Position numbers and translations under genes: made by a program | Notes under the pieces: generated by a model | Databases searched by the model: none | Seen by the model: the letters and a program-made list of their open reading frames with translations, nothing else | What the model was told of the DNA's origin: nothing | Assembly (NCBI GenBank): GCA_035512595.1 | Contig: DATKDU010000207.1 | Location: 4,889-68,888, forward strand | Direction of reading: 5' to 3' | Source of the DNA: Pirellulaceae bacterium | GTDB taxonomy: Bacteria; Planctomycetota; Planctomycetia; Pirellulales; Pirellulaceae | DNA length: 64,000 nucleotides | Shown here: in pieces, positions 1 to 12,399 of the stretch | Layout: each line of letters starts with the position of its first letter | Numbering within the stretch: the stretch's first letter is position 1

Positions 1-1007
1 GATCGGCGCGACTTCGTCTTCAGTAAAGTGGACGCAAAACATGCTCGCGCCGCACCGCTCGCAGGCCAGCGGCTCGAGGGTCTTGAGCAGCGAGTTCCAG
101 TAAACGACGAACTCCCGTCGCGACCGCTTGCGGGTCACGTCGAGCTGCATGGCCAATGCCGGCAATTGGCAGCGGACGACGGCAATCGGCGTCAGCGTGG
201 CGGTCATGGCGTACCGCTCGCGGACTTCGGCCTGCTTGCGGCGGAGTTCCAATTGCACCGCCTCGCGCTTGGCCCCGATCATCTCCGGCGTAGGGGCGGT
301 CTTGGTCCGGCGGTTGACGGCCCCTGCTTCCTTGAGCAGGGCGCTATAGTAATCCTTCAGCCGATTGAGGTCGCGGGCCAGCCGCGCGTCCAGCCGCGCC
401 AGAAACGGCGCCGCGGCCGCCATCACCCGCGACGTAGCCAGGCGGCCGGCTTGTTCGAGCAGCGCGGACAGGTCGCCGGCCGTTTCCACAGCAGGGGCCA
501 GGTCATACTCCTCCAGCAGATCGGGCAGCTCGATCGCCGCCAACGACCGCCCGTTGAGCGACACCGACACGTGCGTTTCGAAGCAATCCTCCGAGCGCAG
601 CGACGCGTGGAAATGCCACGTCTGGTACTCAACCATCGCCGCCCCGGCCCCCAGCACGCGGACGCGGGCGTTGGGCCAACTGAACGTCCGCACGACCATC
701 TCCGCCATGTCCGCCTTTTTGAGATAACGATCCGCAATCCGAAACGCCGCCACCCGCGGCACTGCCGCCTGGAGCACCTGCCCCGCCAGGTCCAGGAACT
801 CGCCCCCCAAGGAAACGTTCAGTCCGCCGCGCGCCGGCTGCGTGGACAGGACAAACGATTCGGCGGGGACGTGCAATGCCGCGGCCACCGGAGGCGGGGC
901 CAGCGCCGTTCCTTCCGCACCGTCCGCGGACCACTCGACGATGCCGCCGGTCGCTTCCAGCAACTCGGTAGTGAACTGCTTGACGTCGTCCTGCACGGTG
1001 GAGGCGG

Positions 1008-1011
<4 letters not shown>
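1..1011 (-). CDS. conserved hypothetical protein (3' end cut by window edge), translationally coupled to the SNF2 helicase
   Basis: Not in the ORF track because it runs off the window. My translation of the minus strand from ATG 1011-1009 reads MTASTVQDDVKQFTTELLEATGGIVEW... through ...LACERCGASMFCVHFTEDEVAPI at the edge. The ATG overlaps the helicase stop (ATGA, 1008-1011). Track ORF 28..1017(+) is its Arg/Gly-rich antisense shadow. Confidence 0.6.
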
Positions 1012-2882
<1,871 letters not shown>

Positions 2883-3138
2883 CCTGCTGATAGCGAGCCA
2901 TCGCGGCGGCTGGCGATAGTCAATGTGGCTATGTTATGGCACGCTCGCCTGGGCCATACAAGACAGGATGTCGGTCGAAGGGGGTCGGGAATCGTTGCGG
3001 GCCGAAGCCTTCTCCACAGGCAAAGCGATGGGCCCGAAACGACGGAGGGCCCCTTGGCTCCCTTCCGCCTGACGGCAGGTGCGAACACAATGACGCTCAG
3101 CGCTGTCCCTTCAGTCAGCCAGTCGAACACCGTCTGCG

Positions 3139-4497
3139 ATGACGAACATGCCCCTAGCAATCTCGCGTATCGACACCCGCCGCGACGACGTCGAGGCGGC
3201 ACTCGACGCCCTGCGCCGAAAGCTCAGCCCGGCGGGGAACGTCGTCAGCGAGGCGGGGCGGAAGAAGACGATCGAGGTCTTCGGCGAGCCGCTGTCGCCG
3301 CAACAAGTCGTGGAGCGGATCTGCGGCGACGTGCAGGCCCGCGGACTGGCTGCTGTGCTGGAGTATTCGCGAAAGCTCGACCGGGCGGAACTGACGGCGC
3401 AGACTGTTCGCGTCTCGACCCAGGAACTGGCCGCGGCACATGCCAAGGCGGAGCCAGAATTCCTGGCGACGGTCCGTCAGGTGCGGGACAACGTCCTTGA
3501 GTTTCAGCGGGCCATTCTGCACCGCGACGTGGAAGTGCGGAGGCCCGGCGTACTTCTCAAGCAGCGCTATGTGCCGCTAGCACGCGTCGGCATTTGCGTT
3601 CCCGGCGGCGCGGCGGCTTATCCTTCGACCGTGCTGATGACTGCCGTGCCGGCGCAGGCGGCCGGCGTCAAAGAGATCGCCATCGTGTCGCCGCCGACCG
3701 CCAATGGGGCGAACAATCCCGACGTGCTGGCGACTTGCCACGAACTGGGAATTACCGAGATCTATCGCATCGGCGGCGCACAAGGGGTCGCAGCGTTGGC
3801 CTACGGCATCGACGGCGTTGAAAAAGTTGACAAGATCGTCGGACCGGGCAATCTGTTCGTCGCGCTGGCCAAGCGGCACGTCTTCGGCGAGGTTGATATC
3901 GATTCGATTGCCGGGCCGAGCGAGGTCGTGGTGATTGCCGACGACTCGACGCGCCCCGATTTCACGGCGGCCGATCTGTTGGCCCAGGCGGAGCATTCGC
4001 CTGGGGCGAGCATCCTGGTCACTTGGAGCGAGCGGATTCTGGAGGCGACGGCCGCTGAACTTGAACGACAAGTGGCAAAGCTTTCCCGCGCCGAGCTAAC
4101 CGTCCAATCGCTGCGGGACTTCGGCTGTTTGATTCTCGTTCGCGACGAAGACGAGGCGTGCCGGATCACGAATCTGATCGCCCCCGAGCACCTGCACATT
4201 GCCACCGATCATGCCGAGCGGTTGCTCGCCAAGATTCGCAATGCGGGGGCCACCTTCCTCGGCAATTACAGCCCGGTCGCCCTCGGTGACTATGCCGCCG
4301 GCCCGTCGCACGTGCTGCCGACCGGCGGCACGGCCCGCTGGGCATCGGGGCTGTCGGCCAACCACTTTTTGCGCTCCAGCAGCCTGATCCAGTACGACTC
4401 CGAGGCGCTAAAATCCATCGCCCCGCACGTGCAGCGGCTGGCGGACAAAGAAGGACTGACGGCGCATCGGGCGAGCGTGGACGTGCGGCTGGGTTGA
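3139..4497 (+). CDS. hisD: histidinol dehydrogenase
   Basis: 452 aa. IGGAQGVAALAYG, QAEHSPGASILV and APEHLHI motifs, with hisC/hisB downstream. Confidence 0.95.
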   Translation: MTNMPLAISRIDTRRDDVEAALDALRRKLSPAGNVVSEAGRKKTIEVFGEPLSPQQVVERICGDVQARGLAAVLEYSRKLDRAELTAQTVRVSTQELAAAHAKAEPEFLATVRQVRDNVLEFQRAILHRDVEVRRPGVLLKQRYVPLARVGICVPGGAAAYPSTVLMTAVPAQAAGVKEIAIVSPPTANGANNPDVLATCHELGITEIYRIGGAQGVAALAYGIDGVEKVDKIVGPGNLFVALAKRHVFGEVDIDSIAGPSEVVVIADDSTRPDFTAADLLAQAEHSPGASILVTWSERILEATAAELERQVAKLSRAELTVQSLRDFGCLILVRDEDEACRITNLIAPEHLHIATDHAERLLAKIRNAGATFLGNYSPVALGDYAAGPSHVLPTGGTARWASGLSANHFLRSSSLIQYDSEALKSIAPHVQRLADKEGLTAHRASVDVRLG

Positions 4498-4530
4498 ATC
4501 CGACGTAGAATTGGTTTCGGAGGACTTGCG

Positions 4531-4806
4531 ATGTCAACTGCCACATCCACATCGGTTGGACATTCCATTTATAGCGACATCATCGCTGCGGCAGAGACTC
4601 CGCTCAGCGAGGAAGGGGCGAACTGGATACTCAGCCTTCGCTTTCCCCAGGCACATGTCGATCGAATGCTGGTGCTGGCCGAGCGCAACAACGCCGGAAA
4701 GCTAACATCTGAGGAACGCGAAGAAATGGATCAGTATCTTCACACGGGTCACGTGCTTTCGATGCTACACGCCCTCGTCCGCTTGGCGCGTCGTCACCAG
4801 GAGTAG
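4531..4806 (+). CDS. small hypothetical protein, first gene of an HNH cassette
   Basis: 91-aa ORF starting 33 bp after the hisD stop, with a GGAGG-like RBS, ending 12 bp before the HNH gene. No family recognised. Confidence 0.5.
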   Translation: MSTATSTSVGHSIYSDIIAAAETPLSEEGANWILSLRFPQAHVDRMLVLAERNNAGKLTSEEREEMDQYLHTGHVLSMLHALVRLARRHQE

Positions 4807-4818
4807 GCGAGCGCACGA

Positions 4819-5223
4819 ATGGAAACGACTCTCATTCGACTCGTCTGGAAACGTGCGGAGTCGTGTTGCGAGTATTGCCGTCTTCCCGCACACCACCACG
4901 ATCTCCCATCTTGCATCGATCATATCATCGCACGAAAGCACGACGGTCCGACGGAAGAGGCGAACTTGGCTCTCTCCTGCTATCGATGTAACGCATTCAA
5001 GGGAGATAACATTTCGGGAATCGACCCCGAGACCGGCAAGTTGACACGACTGTTCCACCCGCGTCGGGACGCCTGGCGTCGCCACTTCAAGTGGGACGGC
5101 CCGGTGCTCGTAGGACGAACTGCCGTAGGACGCACTACGATCAAAGTGTTGAACATCAATTCGCCGCAGCAGCTTGAATTGCGACAAGTCCTACTGCTGG
5201 CTGGCGGAATCGAATTGGCGTGA
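4819..5223 (+). CDS. HNH endonuclease
   Basis: 134 aa. CEYCRLP ... DHIIARKHDG ... NLALSCYRCNAFKG, i.e. a CxxC-H-N-CxxC His-Me finger signature. Confidence 0.85.
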   Translation: METTLIRLVWKRAESCCEYCRLPAHHHDLPSCIDHIIARKHDGPTEEANLALSCYRCNAFKGDNISGIDPETGKLTRLFHPRRDAWRRHFKWDGPVLVGRTAVGRTTIKVLNINSPQQLELRQVLLLAGGIELA

Positions 5224-5254
5224 GTATGCGATTGGCGGCTCCCAAAAACAAACT

Positions 5255-6313
5255 ATGACTTACTTCCGCGACAACATCCGCGCCATGGCCGGCTATGTTC
5301 CCGGCGAACAGCCGCAATCCGGGAAGTTCATCAAGCTGAATACGAACGAGAATCCTTATCCGCCGTCGCCGCAGGTCGCGCGGGCCGTGGCGGAGGTGCT
5401 CGAGCGCGGGCTGCAAAAATATCCCGACCCGCTGGCCGACGCCTTCCGCACCCGGGCCGCCGAGGTGCTCGGCCTGCCGGGCAAGGACGGGATCCTGTGC
5501 GGCAACGGCAGCGACGACATCCTGACGATCTGCACGCGAGCGTTCGTCGGCGAAGGGGACCTGCTGCGATTGCCGTACCCCAGCTACATCCTTTACAAGT
5601 CGCTGGCACAGATTCAAGGGGCACGGTCTGAGGAAATCCGCTTGGCGGACGATTGGTCGTTGCCGCCGGAGTTTGCCGCATCCGCCGACCGGCTGAAGCT
5701 GGCGTTTCTGCCCAATCCCAACAGTCCAACGGGAACGACGATCGGCCGCGAGGCGATCCTCGCACTGGCCGAGCGGCTGCCGTGCCCGCTGGTCGTGGAC
5801 GAAGCGTACGTAGACTTCGCGGATTTCCACTGCGCCGATTTGCCGGCCAAGAATGAAAAGATCCTCGTCAGCCGGTCGCTCTCCAAGTCGTTTGGCCTGG
5901 CCGGCCTGCGGTTCGGGTTCCTGATCGGCCAGCCGCAGATCATCGAGCAGCTCATCAAGGTCAAGGACTCGTACAATTGCGACGCCCTGTCGATTGCCGC
6001 CGCGACGGCCGCCATCGACGACCAGGCCTGGCTCGCGGAGAATCGGGCCAAGATCGTCGCCACGCGCCAGCAACTGACCGACGGGCTGACGCAGCTCGGC
6101 ATGACCGTCATTCCCAGCCAGGCGAACTTCGTCTGGTGCACCCATCCGTCACAGCCGGCAAAACCGATCTACGAGCGGCTCAAAGCAGAGCGCATACTTG
6201 TGCGGTACATGAACTACGCGAACTGGGGAGACGGCCTGCGAATCAGCGTGGGGACGGACGGGGAGATTGAGGCGCTGCTGGGGATGCTCGCCGCAATGCT
6301 CGGGAACAAATGA
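5255..6313 (+). CDS. hisC: histidinol-phosphate aminotransferase
   Basis: In-frame ATG at 5255 (MTYFRDNIRAMAGYVPGEQ) is preferred over track start 5174, which overlaps the HNH gene. NENPYPPSP and SRSLSKSFGLAGLRFG (PLP-lysine) motifs. Confidence 0.9.
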   Translation: MTYFRDNIRAMAGYVPGEQPQSGKFIKLNTNENPYPPSPQVARAVAEVLERGLQKYPDPLADAFRTRAAEVLGLPGKDGILCGNGSDDILTICTRAFVGEGDLLRLPYPSYILYKSLAQIQGARSEEIRLADDWSLPPEFAASADRLKLAFLPNPNSPTGTTIGREAILALAERLPCPLVVDEAYVDFADFHCADLPAKNEKILVSRSLSKSFGLAGLRFGFLIGQPQIIEQLIKVKDSYNCDALSIAAATAAIDDQAWLAENRAKIVATRQQLTDGLTQLGMTVIPSQANFVWCTHPSQPAKPIYERLKAERILVRYMNYANWGDGLRISVGTDGEIEALLGMLAAMLGNK

Positions 6314-6388
6314 CCAATGACCAAGCACCAATGACCAATGCACCTTGACCAGAAACATTGGTCATTGGGACTTGGTCATTGGTCATTT
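6308..6388. repeat. 33-bp-arm imperfect inverted repeat built from tandem AATGACC-like units (hisC-hisB spacer hairpin)
   Basis: aaatgaccaatgaccaagcaccaatgaccaatg (6308-6340) pairs with cattggtcattgggacttggtcattggtcattt (6356-6388), 2 mismatches. The hisC stop lies in the left arm. Confidence 0.85.
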
Positions 6389-6400
6389 AGGAATTTCGCA

Positions 6401-6988
6401 ATGCCCCGCACCGCCACCATCGACCGCCAAACCCGCGAAACCCAAATCCGCCTGGAGCTGAACCTCGACGGCTCCGGCCAGGGTTCGTGGAACACGGGAG
6501 TCGGCTTCTTCGACCACATGCTCGAGCTCTTCACCCGGCACGGGGCCTTCGATCTGAACGTCGAGGCCAAGGGGGACCTGCACGTCGATCAGCATCACAC
6601 GGTCGAAGACGTCGGCATTTGCCTGGGTCAGGCGATCCGGCAGGCGCTGGGCGACAAGCAAGGAATCCGCCGCTACGGCCACTTCACCCTGCCGATGGAA
6701 GAGACGCTCTGCACGACGGCATTCGACCTTTCCGGCCGCTACTACCTCGTCTTCCAGGCGCAGTTTCCCAGCGCCAGAATCGGCCAGTTCGACACCGAGC
6801 TGGTCGAGGACTTCTGGCAAGCCGTCGCCGCCAACGCGCTGGCGAACCTGCACATCCTCGTCCCCTACGGCCGCAATAGCCACCACATCAGCGAGGCGAT
6901 CTTCAAATGCGCCGCGCGGGCGCTGCGGATGGCCGTGGAAGCCGACCCTCGCATGACCGGAGTGCCGAGCACGAAGGGGACGCTCTGA
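6401..6988 (+). CDS. hisB: imidazoleglycerol-phosphate dehydratase
   Basis: Start taken at [38 protein letters not shown] and [11 protein letters not shown] motifs. Confidence 0.9.
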   Translation: MPRTATIDRQTRETQIRLELNLDGSGQGSWNTGVGFFDHMLELFTRHGAFDLNVEAKGDLHVDQHHTVEDVGICLGQAIRQALGDKQGIRRYGHFTLPMEETLCTTAFDLSGRYYLVFQAQFPSARIGQFDTELVEDFWQAVAANALANLHILVPYGRNSHHISEAIFKCAARALRMAVEADPRMTGVPSTKGTL

Positions 6989-7056
6989 TTGCGGATTGCG
7001 TGCTACCGGCCGCTGCGGCATTCCTTCAGCGCTCCTGTTAGAAACTCCAGCAGTGT

Positions 7057-8049
7057 TCACGCTTTGGCCGCCATCTTGCTGATCCGCAATTGCCGGTCGT
7101 AGTGCGCCGTCGCGATCTGCATCGAGTCGGGCGACAGGTCCATGTCGCGAAACAGGCTCGGCAATTCGAACCGGTGGAACTCTTTGTTTGAGTCGGGCTT
7201 CCAGAAGAGCAGGTGCTTGCCCGCCGAGCCGCCGCAGCCGCCGACGAGCGTCCCGTCGGGCAGATAGACGACCCGCCAGATCGGGCCTTTGAGCCCCTCG
7301 GCAATGTGCTGCTGGGCGACTTTTTGCGATTCCCACTTAAACAGCAGCACCAGCGGCTCGAGGACCGCGCCGAGCGGGTTGGACGCTTTGTGCAGGCCGC
7401 CGCAGGCCAGGTATTTGCCGTCGGGGCTGAGGGCCATGCTCCGCACGCCGCCGAAATCGACCTGCTGTCCGCCGTTGTAGGAGTGCAGCATCTTGGCGTC
7501 GAACGAGCGGGCCAGCGTCCCGGCCGGCACGTCCCACTGCTTCACATTGCCGCGGAGATCGCCCGAGAGCAGAAACTGGCCCCCCGGATGCCACAGCAGG
7601 CTGTAAACCGGCACTTCGTGACCGGAAAACTCCTTGACCTTCGCACCGTCGGCCGCATTCCAAATCCGGACGATGCGGTCATTGCCGCCGGTGGCGATCT
7701 GTGTTCCGTCGGGGCTGACCGCCAGGCAGCGGACCCAGCCTTGATGGGCGTCGATGGTGCGGGCCGGCTTGGGATCGTCGGCCGCCACCGGCCAGGAAAT
7801 GAGCTTCCCTTCACTGCCGCCGGAGTAGAGCGTTTCGCCGTCCTTGGAGAAACCGAGGCACCAGACCCAGCTTTCGTGACCGGAAAGAACGATCTTTTTG
7901 CCGTCGGCGAGGGTCCAGCGCTCGATCTTGTTGTCTTCGGAGGAGGAGAAAACGAACCGCGACTGCGGCTCGAAACGGCAGGCGATCAGCGGGCTCTCGT
8001 GCTGCCACTGCGTGGCCAGGTGGGTCTGCGTCGGTTGGGGCGTGTTCAT
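7057..8049 (-). CDS. WD40-repeat beta-propeller protein
   Basis: 330 aa with repeated ...GH...V..L.(F/W)S.DG....SGG.D..I..W... units. Confidence 0.85.
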   Translation of the reverse strand: MNTPQPTQTHLATQWQHESPLIACRFEPQSRFVFSSSEDNKIERWTLADGKKIVLSGHESWVWCLGFSKDGETLYSGGSEGKLISWPVAADDPKPARTIDAHQGWVRCLAVSPDGTQIATGGNDRIVRIWNAADGAKVKEFSGHEVPVYSLLWHPGGQFLLSGDLRGNVKQWDVPAGTLARSFDAKMLHSYNGGQQVDFGGVRSMALSPDGKYLACGGLHKASNPLGAVLEPLVLLFKWESQKVAQQHIAEGLKGPIWRVVYLPDGTLVGGCGGSAGKHLLFWKPDSNKEFHRFELPSLFRDMDLSPDSMQIATAHYDRQLRISKMAAKA

Positions 8050-8120
8050 AAACGGCGAGAGGTTGCGGCACGGCGCTGGGGTGGGAAGAAAGGCGCCGCA
8101 CCTGGTGGGTTGTATGCTTG

Positions 8121-8216
8121 TAACCCGACGCGTAAGCGAGGGAATTGGCCCTGGTCACGCGGCCCTCGCTGACGCTTGCGGTTAGTAGCGGCCCTCGCTG
8201 ACGCTTCGGGTTACTA
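8121..8216. repeat. REP-like element cluster (GCCCTCGCTGACGCTTCGGGTTA family): one inverted copy plus two tandem direct copies
   Basis: gcggccctcgctgacgcttgcggttagta (about 8159-8187) and gcggccctcgctgacgcttcgggttacta (8188-8216) are tandem. taacccgacgcgtaagcgagggaa (8121-8144) is a degenerate inverted copy. Confidence 0.7.
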
Positions 8217-8228
8217 TGAGAGACCACC

Positions 8229-8729
8229 TTACCTTACCGGCGGCTTTCCCAGCAAGCGACGAATCAGGCCGATCTGCCCGGCGTGCAGAAATTCGTGGTG
8301 CGAGCACATCAGCAAGGCCCCGAGCTTGTTCGGAAATCCTTCGACGTAGGGCATGTCCACCGGCTCGCTCAGGGCAGCCTCGCTGACTTGCGGCAGCTCG
8401 ATCATCACCTGCTGGTAAACGCGGTCGAACGTGCCGCGAATCTCCGCCGGCGGCGGATACTTGCTCGCGTCCGCATCGGGAGTCGAGCCCTTGCTGAACA
8501 GCTTGCGGAACGAGCTGCTCATCAGCTCCGCGTCGATTTCCTGCCGGCCGCGGATGCGAAACAAACAGAGCCCGTACTGGGCCATCGCCACGTGCCCCAC
8601 CTGCCACGCCAGGTGGGTCGGCAATTGCGGCGGCATGGCGAACCAGTCGCGGTCCTCGATGCCCTCCAGGAGGGACGAGGTGTAGGTGCGGGCGAACTGG
8701 ATTTGGCGGATAGCGAGTGCGAGGCTCAT
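8229..8729 (-). CDS. DinB-family (four-helix bundle, metal-binding His triad) protein
   Basis: 166 aa. HLAWQVGHVAMAQ near the N-terminus and CSHHEFLHAGQIGLIRR near the C-terminus are typical of DinB/YfiT-like proteins. Confidence 0.75.
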   Translation of the reverse strand: MSLALAIRQIQFARTYTSSLLEGIEDRDWFAMPPQLPTHLAWQVGHVAMAQYGLCLFRIRGRQEIDAELMSSSFRKLFSKGSTPDADASKYPPPAEIRGTFDRVYQQVMIELPQVSEAALSEPVDMPYVEGFPNKLGALLMCSHHEFLHAGQIGLIRRLLGKPPVR

Positions 8730-9550
8730 GAACTCTTCGCTTCGCGGAGGAAATTTGCCAGCAGGACCGATTCCTCGTGACGGAGCGAAATCCCGGCGGG
8801 CTGGTCATACTCAAAATCAGCGTAGTATCGGGAGCGCCTTACGATGTCATTGACGATGGACTGCAGATCGATGGTCACGTCTTCGTCCGACGGCAAGAGC
8901 GGAATTCGCAGCTCGGGAAGCGGCAAATGCGAGTACGCCGGCAGGACTTCGCACTCAGGCACTCGCACTTTGCGGGAAACGAGGATGTAGTAGGGGCTTT
9001 CGGGCCAGGGTTCGCGCAGCAGCCGGCGGCGGCCGCCGCGCAGCAGGTCAAGCTCGACGAGATTTGCCGCTCCTTCCAGCAGCCACTCGCGCTTGGCGCT
9101 GTAAGCCTTCCACCCCTCGCTGCCGAGGCGCTTGTTCGTCGGTGACATGAGTTCCAGGCACGTCACCAGTCCGCGGTTCTTTTCGATTTCGCGTATCTCG
9201 AGATACACTTCGCGCTCCTCGACCTCTGCGATCGAGTGCATCAAGAGGGCGTTGGGATTGACGGCCGCCGCGGAACCTTCCCAAGTCGGGGAGGCCGCCG
9301 AGGAACGCGTGAGTTGCACCCGCACATCGGGCTCCACGTACTTCACCGGTCGATCGGGGTCGGCAGGGTCGATCCAGTCGATGTACGTCCGCTCGTCGAG
9401 GCGAATGGCGTACCGCGGCGGCAACAGACCGGCCAGCGTCCGCTCCAAGTCCCCGATCAGCTTGTCGTGAAAGTCCCGCCACAGACCACGGGCCTCGATA
9501 AACGGGTCCATGCCGGGAAACGGAGAGCGGGTCATGCGGATTCGTCCCAT
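8726..9550 (-). CDS. DUF4058-family protein
   Basis: N-terminus SPFPGMDPFIEARGLWRDFHDKLI matches my memory of the DUF4058 signature. 4-bp overlap with the downstream DinB gene. Confidence 0.75.
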   Translation of the reverse strand: MGRIRMTRSPFPGMDPFIEARGLWRDFHDKLIGDLERTLAGLLPPRYAIRLDERTYIDWIDPADPDRPVKYVEPDVRVQLTRSSAASPTWEGSAAAVNPNALLMHSIAEVEEREVYLEIREIEKNRGLVTCLELMSPTNKRLGSEGWKAYSAKREWLLEGAANLVELDLLRGGRRRLLREPWPESPYYILVSRKVRVPECEVLPAYSHLPLPELRIPLLPSDEDVTIDLQSIVNDIVRRSRYYADFEYDQPAGISLRHEESVLLANFLREAKSS

Positions 9551-9619
9551 CGCGGTGCCTGTGACGTGCTCTCCATCTTAGCGTCCAGCCGACTCTCCGG
9601 CCAATGCACGCGGCTGAAG

Positions 9620-9799
9620 CTACGCCTCCTTCGCCTCGCGCCGCAGCGACTCCTTCAGCCGGTCGCGCATCCACTGCGAAAGGCTCAGGCCGCAGCGCTC
9701 GGCGCATTTCTGGAACTCGATCCGCTCCGACTCGGAAAGCGTCACCGCCACCGTGCAAAGCGGCTCGTCATCGGGCGGTTTTGCAGCAGGTGCTTCCAT
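9620..9799 (-). CDS. ribbon-helix-helix (CopG/Arc-like) small DNA-binding protein
   Basis: CTVAVTLSESERIEFQKCAERCGLSLSQWMRDRLKESL has a strand-helix-helix pattern. Start is uncertain (ATG 9799 or track start 9865). Lies 69 bp upstream of the DUF4058 gene. Confidence 0.55.
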   Translation of the reverse strand: MEAPAAKPPDDEPLCTVAVTLSESERIEFQKCAERCGLSLSQWMRDRLKESLRREAKEA

Positions 9800-9863
9800 G
9801 CGGGTATTGTTGCCCGCCAGGCTTGCCCGGCAAGCGTGCCTCAGGCGTATCATGGAAGTCGCC

Positions 9864-10850
<987 letters not shown>

Positions 10851-11046
10851 AGCCCTGACCTTCGAGGCCGAATTGGAGTGCGTCGTCGAAGAGAAGTTTG
10901 ACGTCGTCGGGCGGTTTCGCCTTGGCGGGGTCGAGCGAATCCGCCGCCGAGACACCTGCTGCCCGAGCAAGGAAGAGAGACAGGAAGATGGGGGGACAGG
11001 AAAATGGGAGGAAGGGAGGAAAAGGGAAGCGCCATTTCTTCTTCAT
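10851..11046 (-). pseudogene. orphan 5' fragment (start codon plus signal peptide plus ~35 codons) of an SGNH-hydrolase paralogue
   Basis: MKKKWRFPFPPFLPFSCPPIFLSLFL...DSLDPAKAKPPDDVKLLFDDALQFGLEGQG parallels the N-terminus of gene 11137..12303. Similarity stops at the deacetylase stop codon. The rest of track ORF 10771..11046 is read-through. Confidence 0.65.
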
Positions 11047-11136
11047 TTTCCTGTCGTTGATTTTCCTGTCTTCATTCCTGTCGCCGGGCGTATACCGGTG
11101 GGTCGGCGCGTCGCTACTGCTCCGCTGGACGCCACC

Positions 11137-12303
11137 CTACGGCAGGATCGGCTGTAGCACCTTCATGAACGCCTCGGCTTGCCGGTAAAAGCCCAGGTCG
11201 GTCGGGTGCGAGCTATCGACGGTTCCCTCGCTGTCGTCGCCGATCATGCCGGCGCCTTCGATGTAATAGAGGTTCTTGTCGCCGGCGGCTTTCAGTTCGC
11301 CATAAGCTTTCTTGAGTGCCGCCTGGTTGGTTTCGTTGCGCTCGCGTTTTCCGGGCAGCAGGAAGCCGTCGGTGTAGTTGCGGTCCTCGACCAGGACGAT
11401 CGGCGTCTCGGGCCGCTTTTCGCGGAGGATTTTCACCAGCGGCACGGTTCGCTCGGCGACCTGGTCGGCGGCCAGGTTGGGGAGGCAATCGATGACGAAG
11501 GCGGACGCATCAATCTCGGCTAGAAGCTCGGCCACTTCCTTTTCCATTCGGCCGTTGCCGGAAAAACCCAGGTTGATCACCGGCCGGTCGAGCCAGCGGC
11601 CGAGGATCGCCGTGTGAACCATGCCGGGGCGCGAGGCACAGCCGCCTTGCGTGATCGACGTGCCGTAGAAGACGATCGGTTTGGCGTGCGCGGCGTCTCG
11701 CGGCGGCGCATTCTCGAGCGCACTCTCCTTGGGAATGCCGATCTCCAGCGATTCGGTGCCGTTGTAGAGGGGGAGGTAGAGTAGAAATTCGTGCTTGCCA
11801 GCGGGAATGCCGCTGACCAGTGCGACGGACGAGGTCTTGGCGGTCGGCGACTTGTTCGCCAGCCAGCGGGGTTTGCCATCCGGCAGCTTCACGTACAAGT
11901 CCAAGCCGCTGACGCCCGTGCTCGGCATGTGCGGCATATCGAGCCGGTCGGAGGTGAGGGTCCAGCGGGCGTGGATCGTGGTCGCATCGGTCACGAACCG
12001 CACGGCCAGCCCGGCGCTGTGGCGGCTCAGTCCCCACACTTCGGGCCGCACCTTTCCTTCGGCCCTTGCTGGCAGGCGGTCGTACGACGCTTTGACGTCG
12101 GCAAAGCCTTGCCCTTCAAGGCCGAGCTCGAGGGCGTCGTAAAACAGCAGCTTGCCATCGTCGGACGGTTTGGCTTTGGCCGGGTCGAGGGAGTCACCAG
12201 ACCAACCCGTTGTGGCCAAGGTGAGGAAGAGAGACAGGAAAATGGGGGGACAGGAAAATGGGAGCAAGAAACGGAACGTAGGCCTCAAGTTCCTTTTCAT
12301 CAT
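11137..12303 (-). CDS. secreted SGNH/GDSL-type hydrolase (carbohydrate-esterase-like)
   Basis: FYGTSITQGG (block I Ser), GFSGNG (block II) and DSSHPTD (block V). Signal peptide present. Start taken at ATGATG 12303 rather than track start 12396. Confidence 0.85.
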   Translation of the reverse strand: MMKRNLRPTFRFLLPFSCPPIFLSLFLTLATTGWSGDSLDPAKAKPSDDGKLLFYDALELGLEGQGFADVKASYDRLPARAEGKVRPEVWGLSRHSAGLAVRFVTDATTIHARWTLTSDRLDMPHMPSTGVSGLDLYVKLPDGKPRWLANKSPTAKTSSVALVSGIPAGKHEFLLYLPLYNGTESLEIGIPKESALENAPPRDAAHAKPIVFYGTSITQGGCASRPGMVHTAILGRWLDRPVINLGFSGNGRMEKEVAELLAEIDASAFVIDCLPNLAADQVAERTVPLVKILREKRPETPIVLVEDRNYTDGFLLPGKRERNETNQAALKKAYGELKAAGDKNLYYIEGAGMIGDDSEGTVDSSHPTDLGFYRQAEAFMKVLQPILP

Positions 12304-12399
12304 CTTCCTGTCCTTTATTTTCCTGTCTTGATTCCTGTCGGCTGCCGTATTCCGGTGGGTCGGCGCGTCGCTACACCGCTTGACGCCAACGTACATTTT

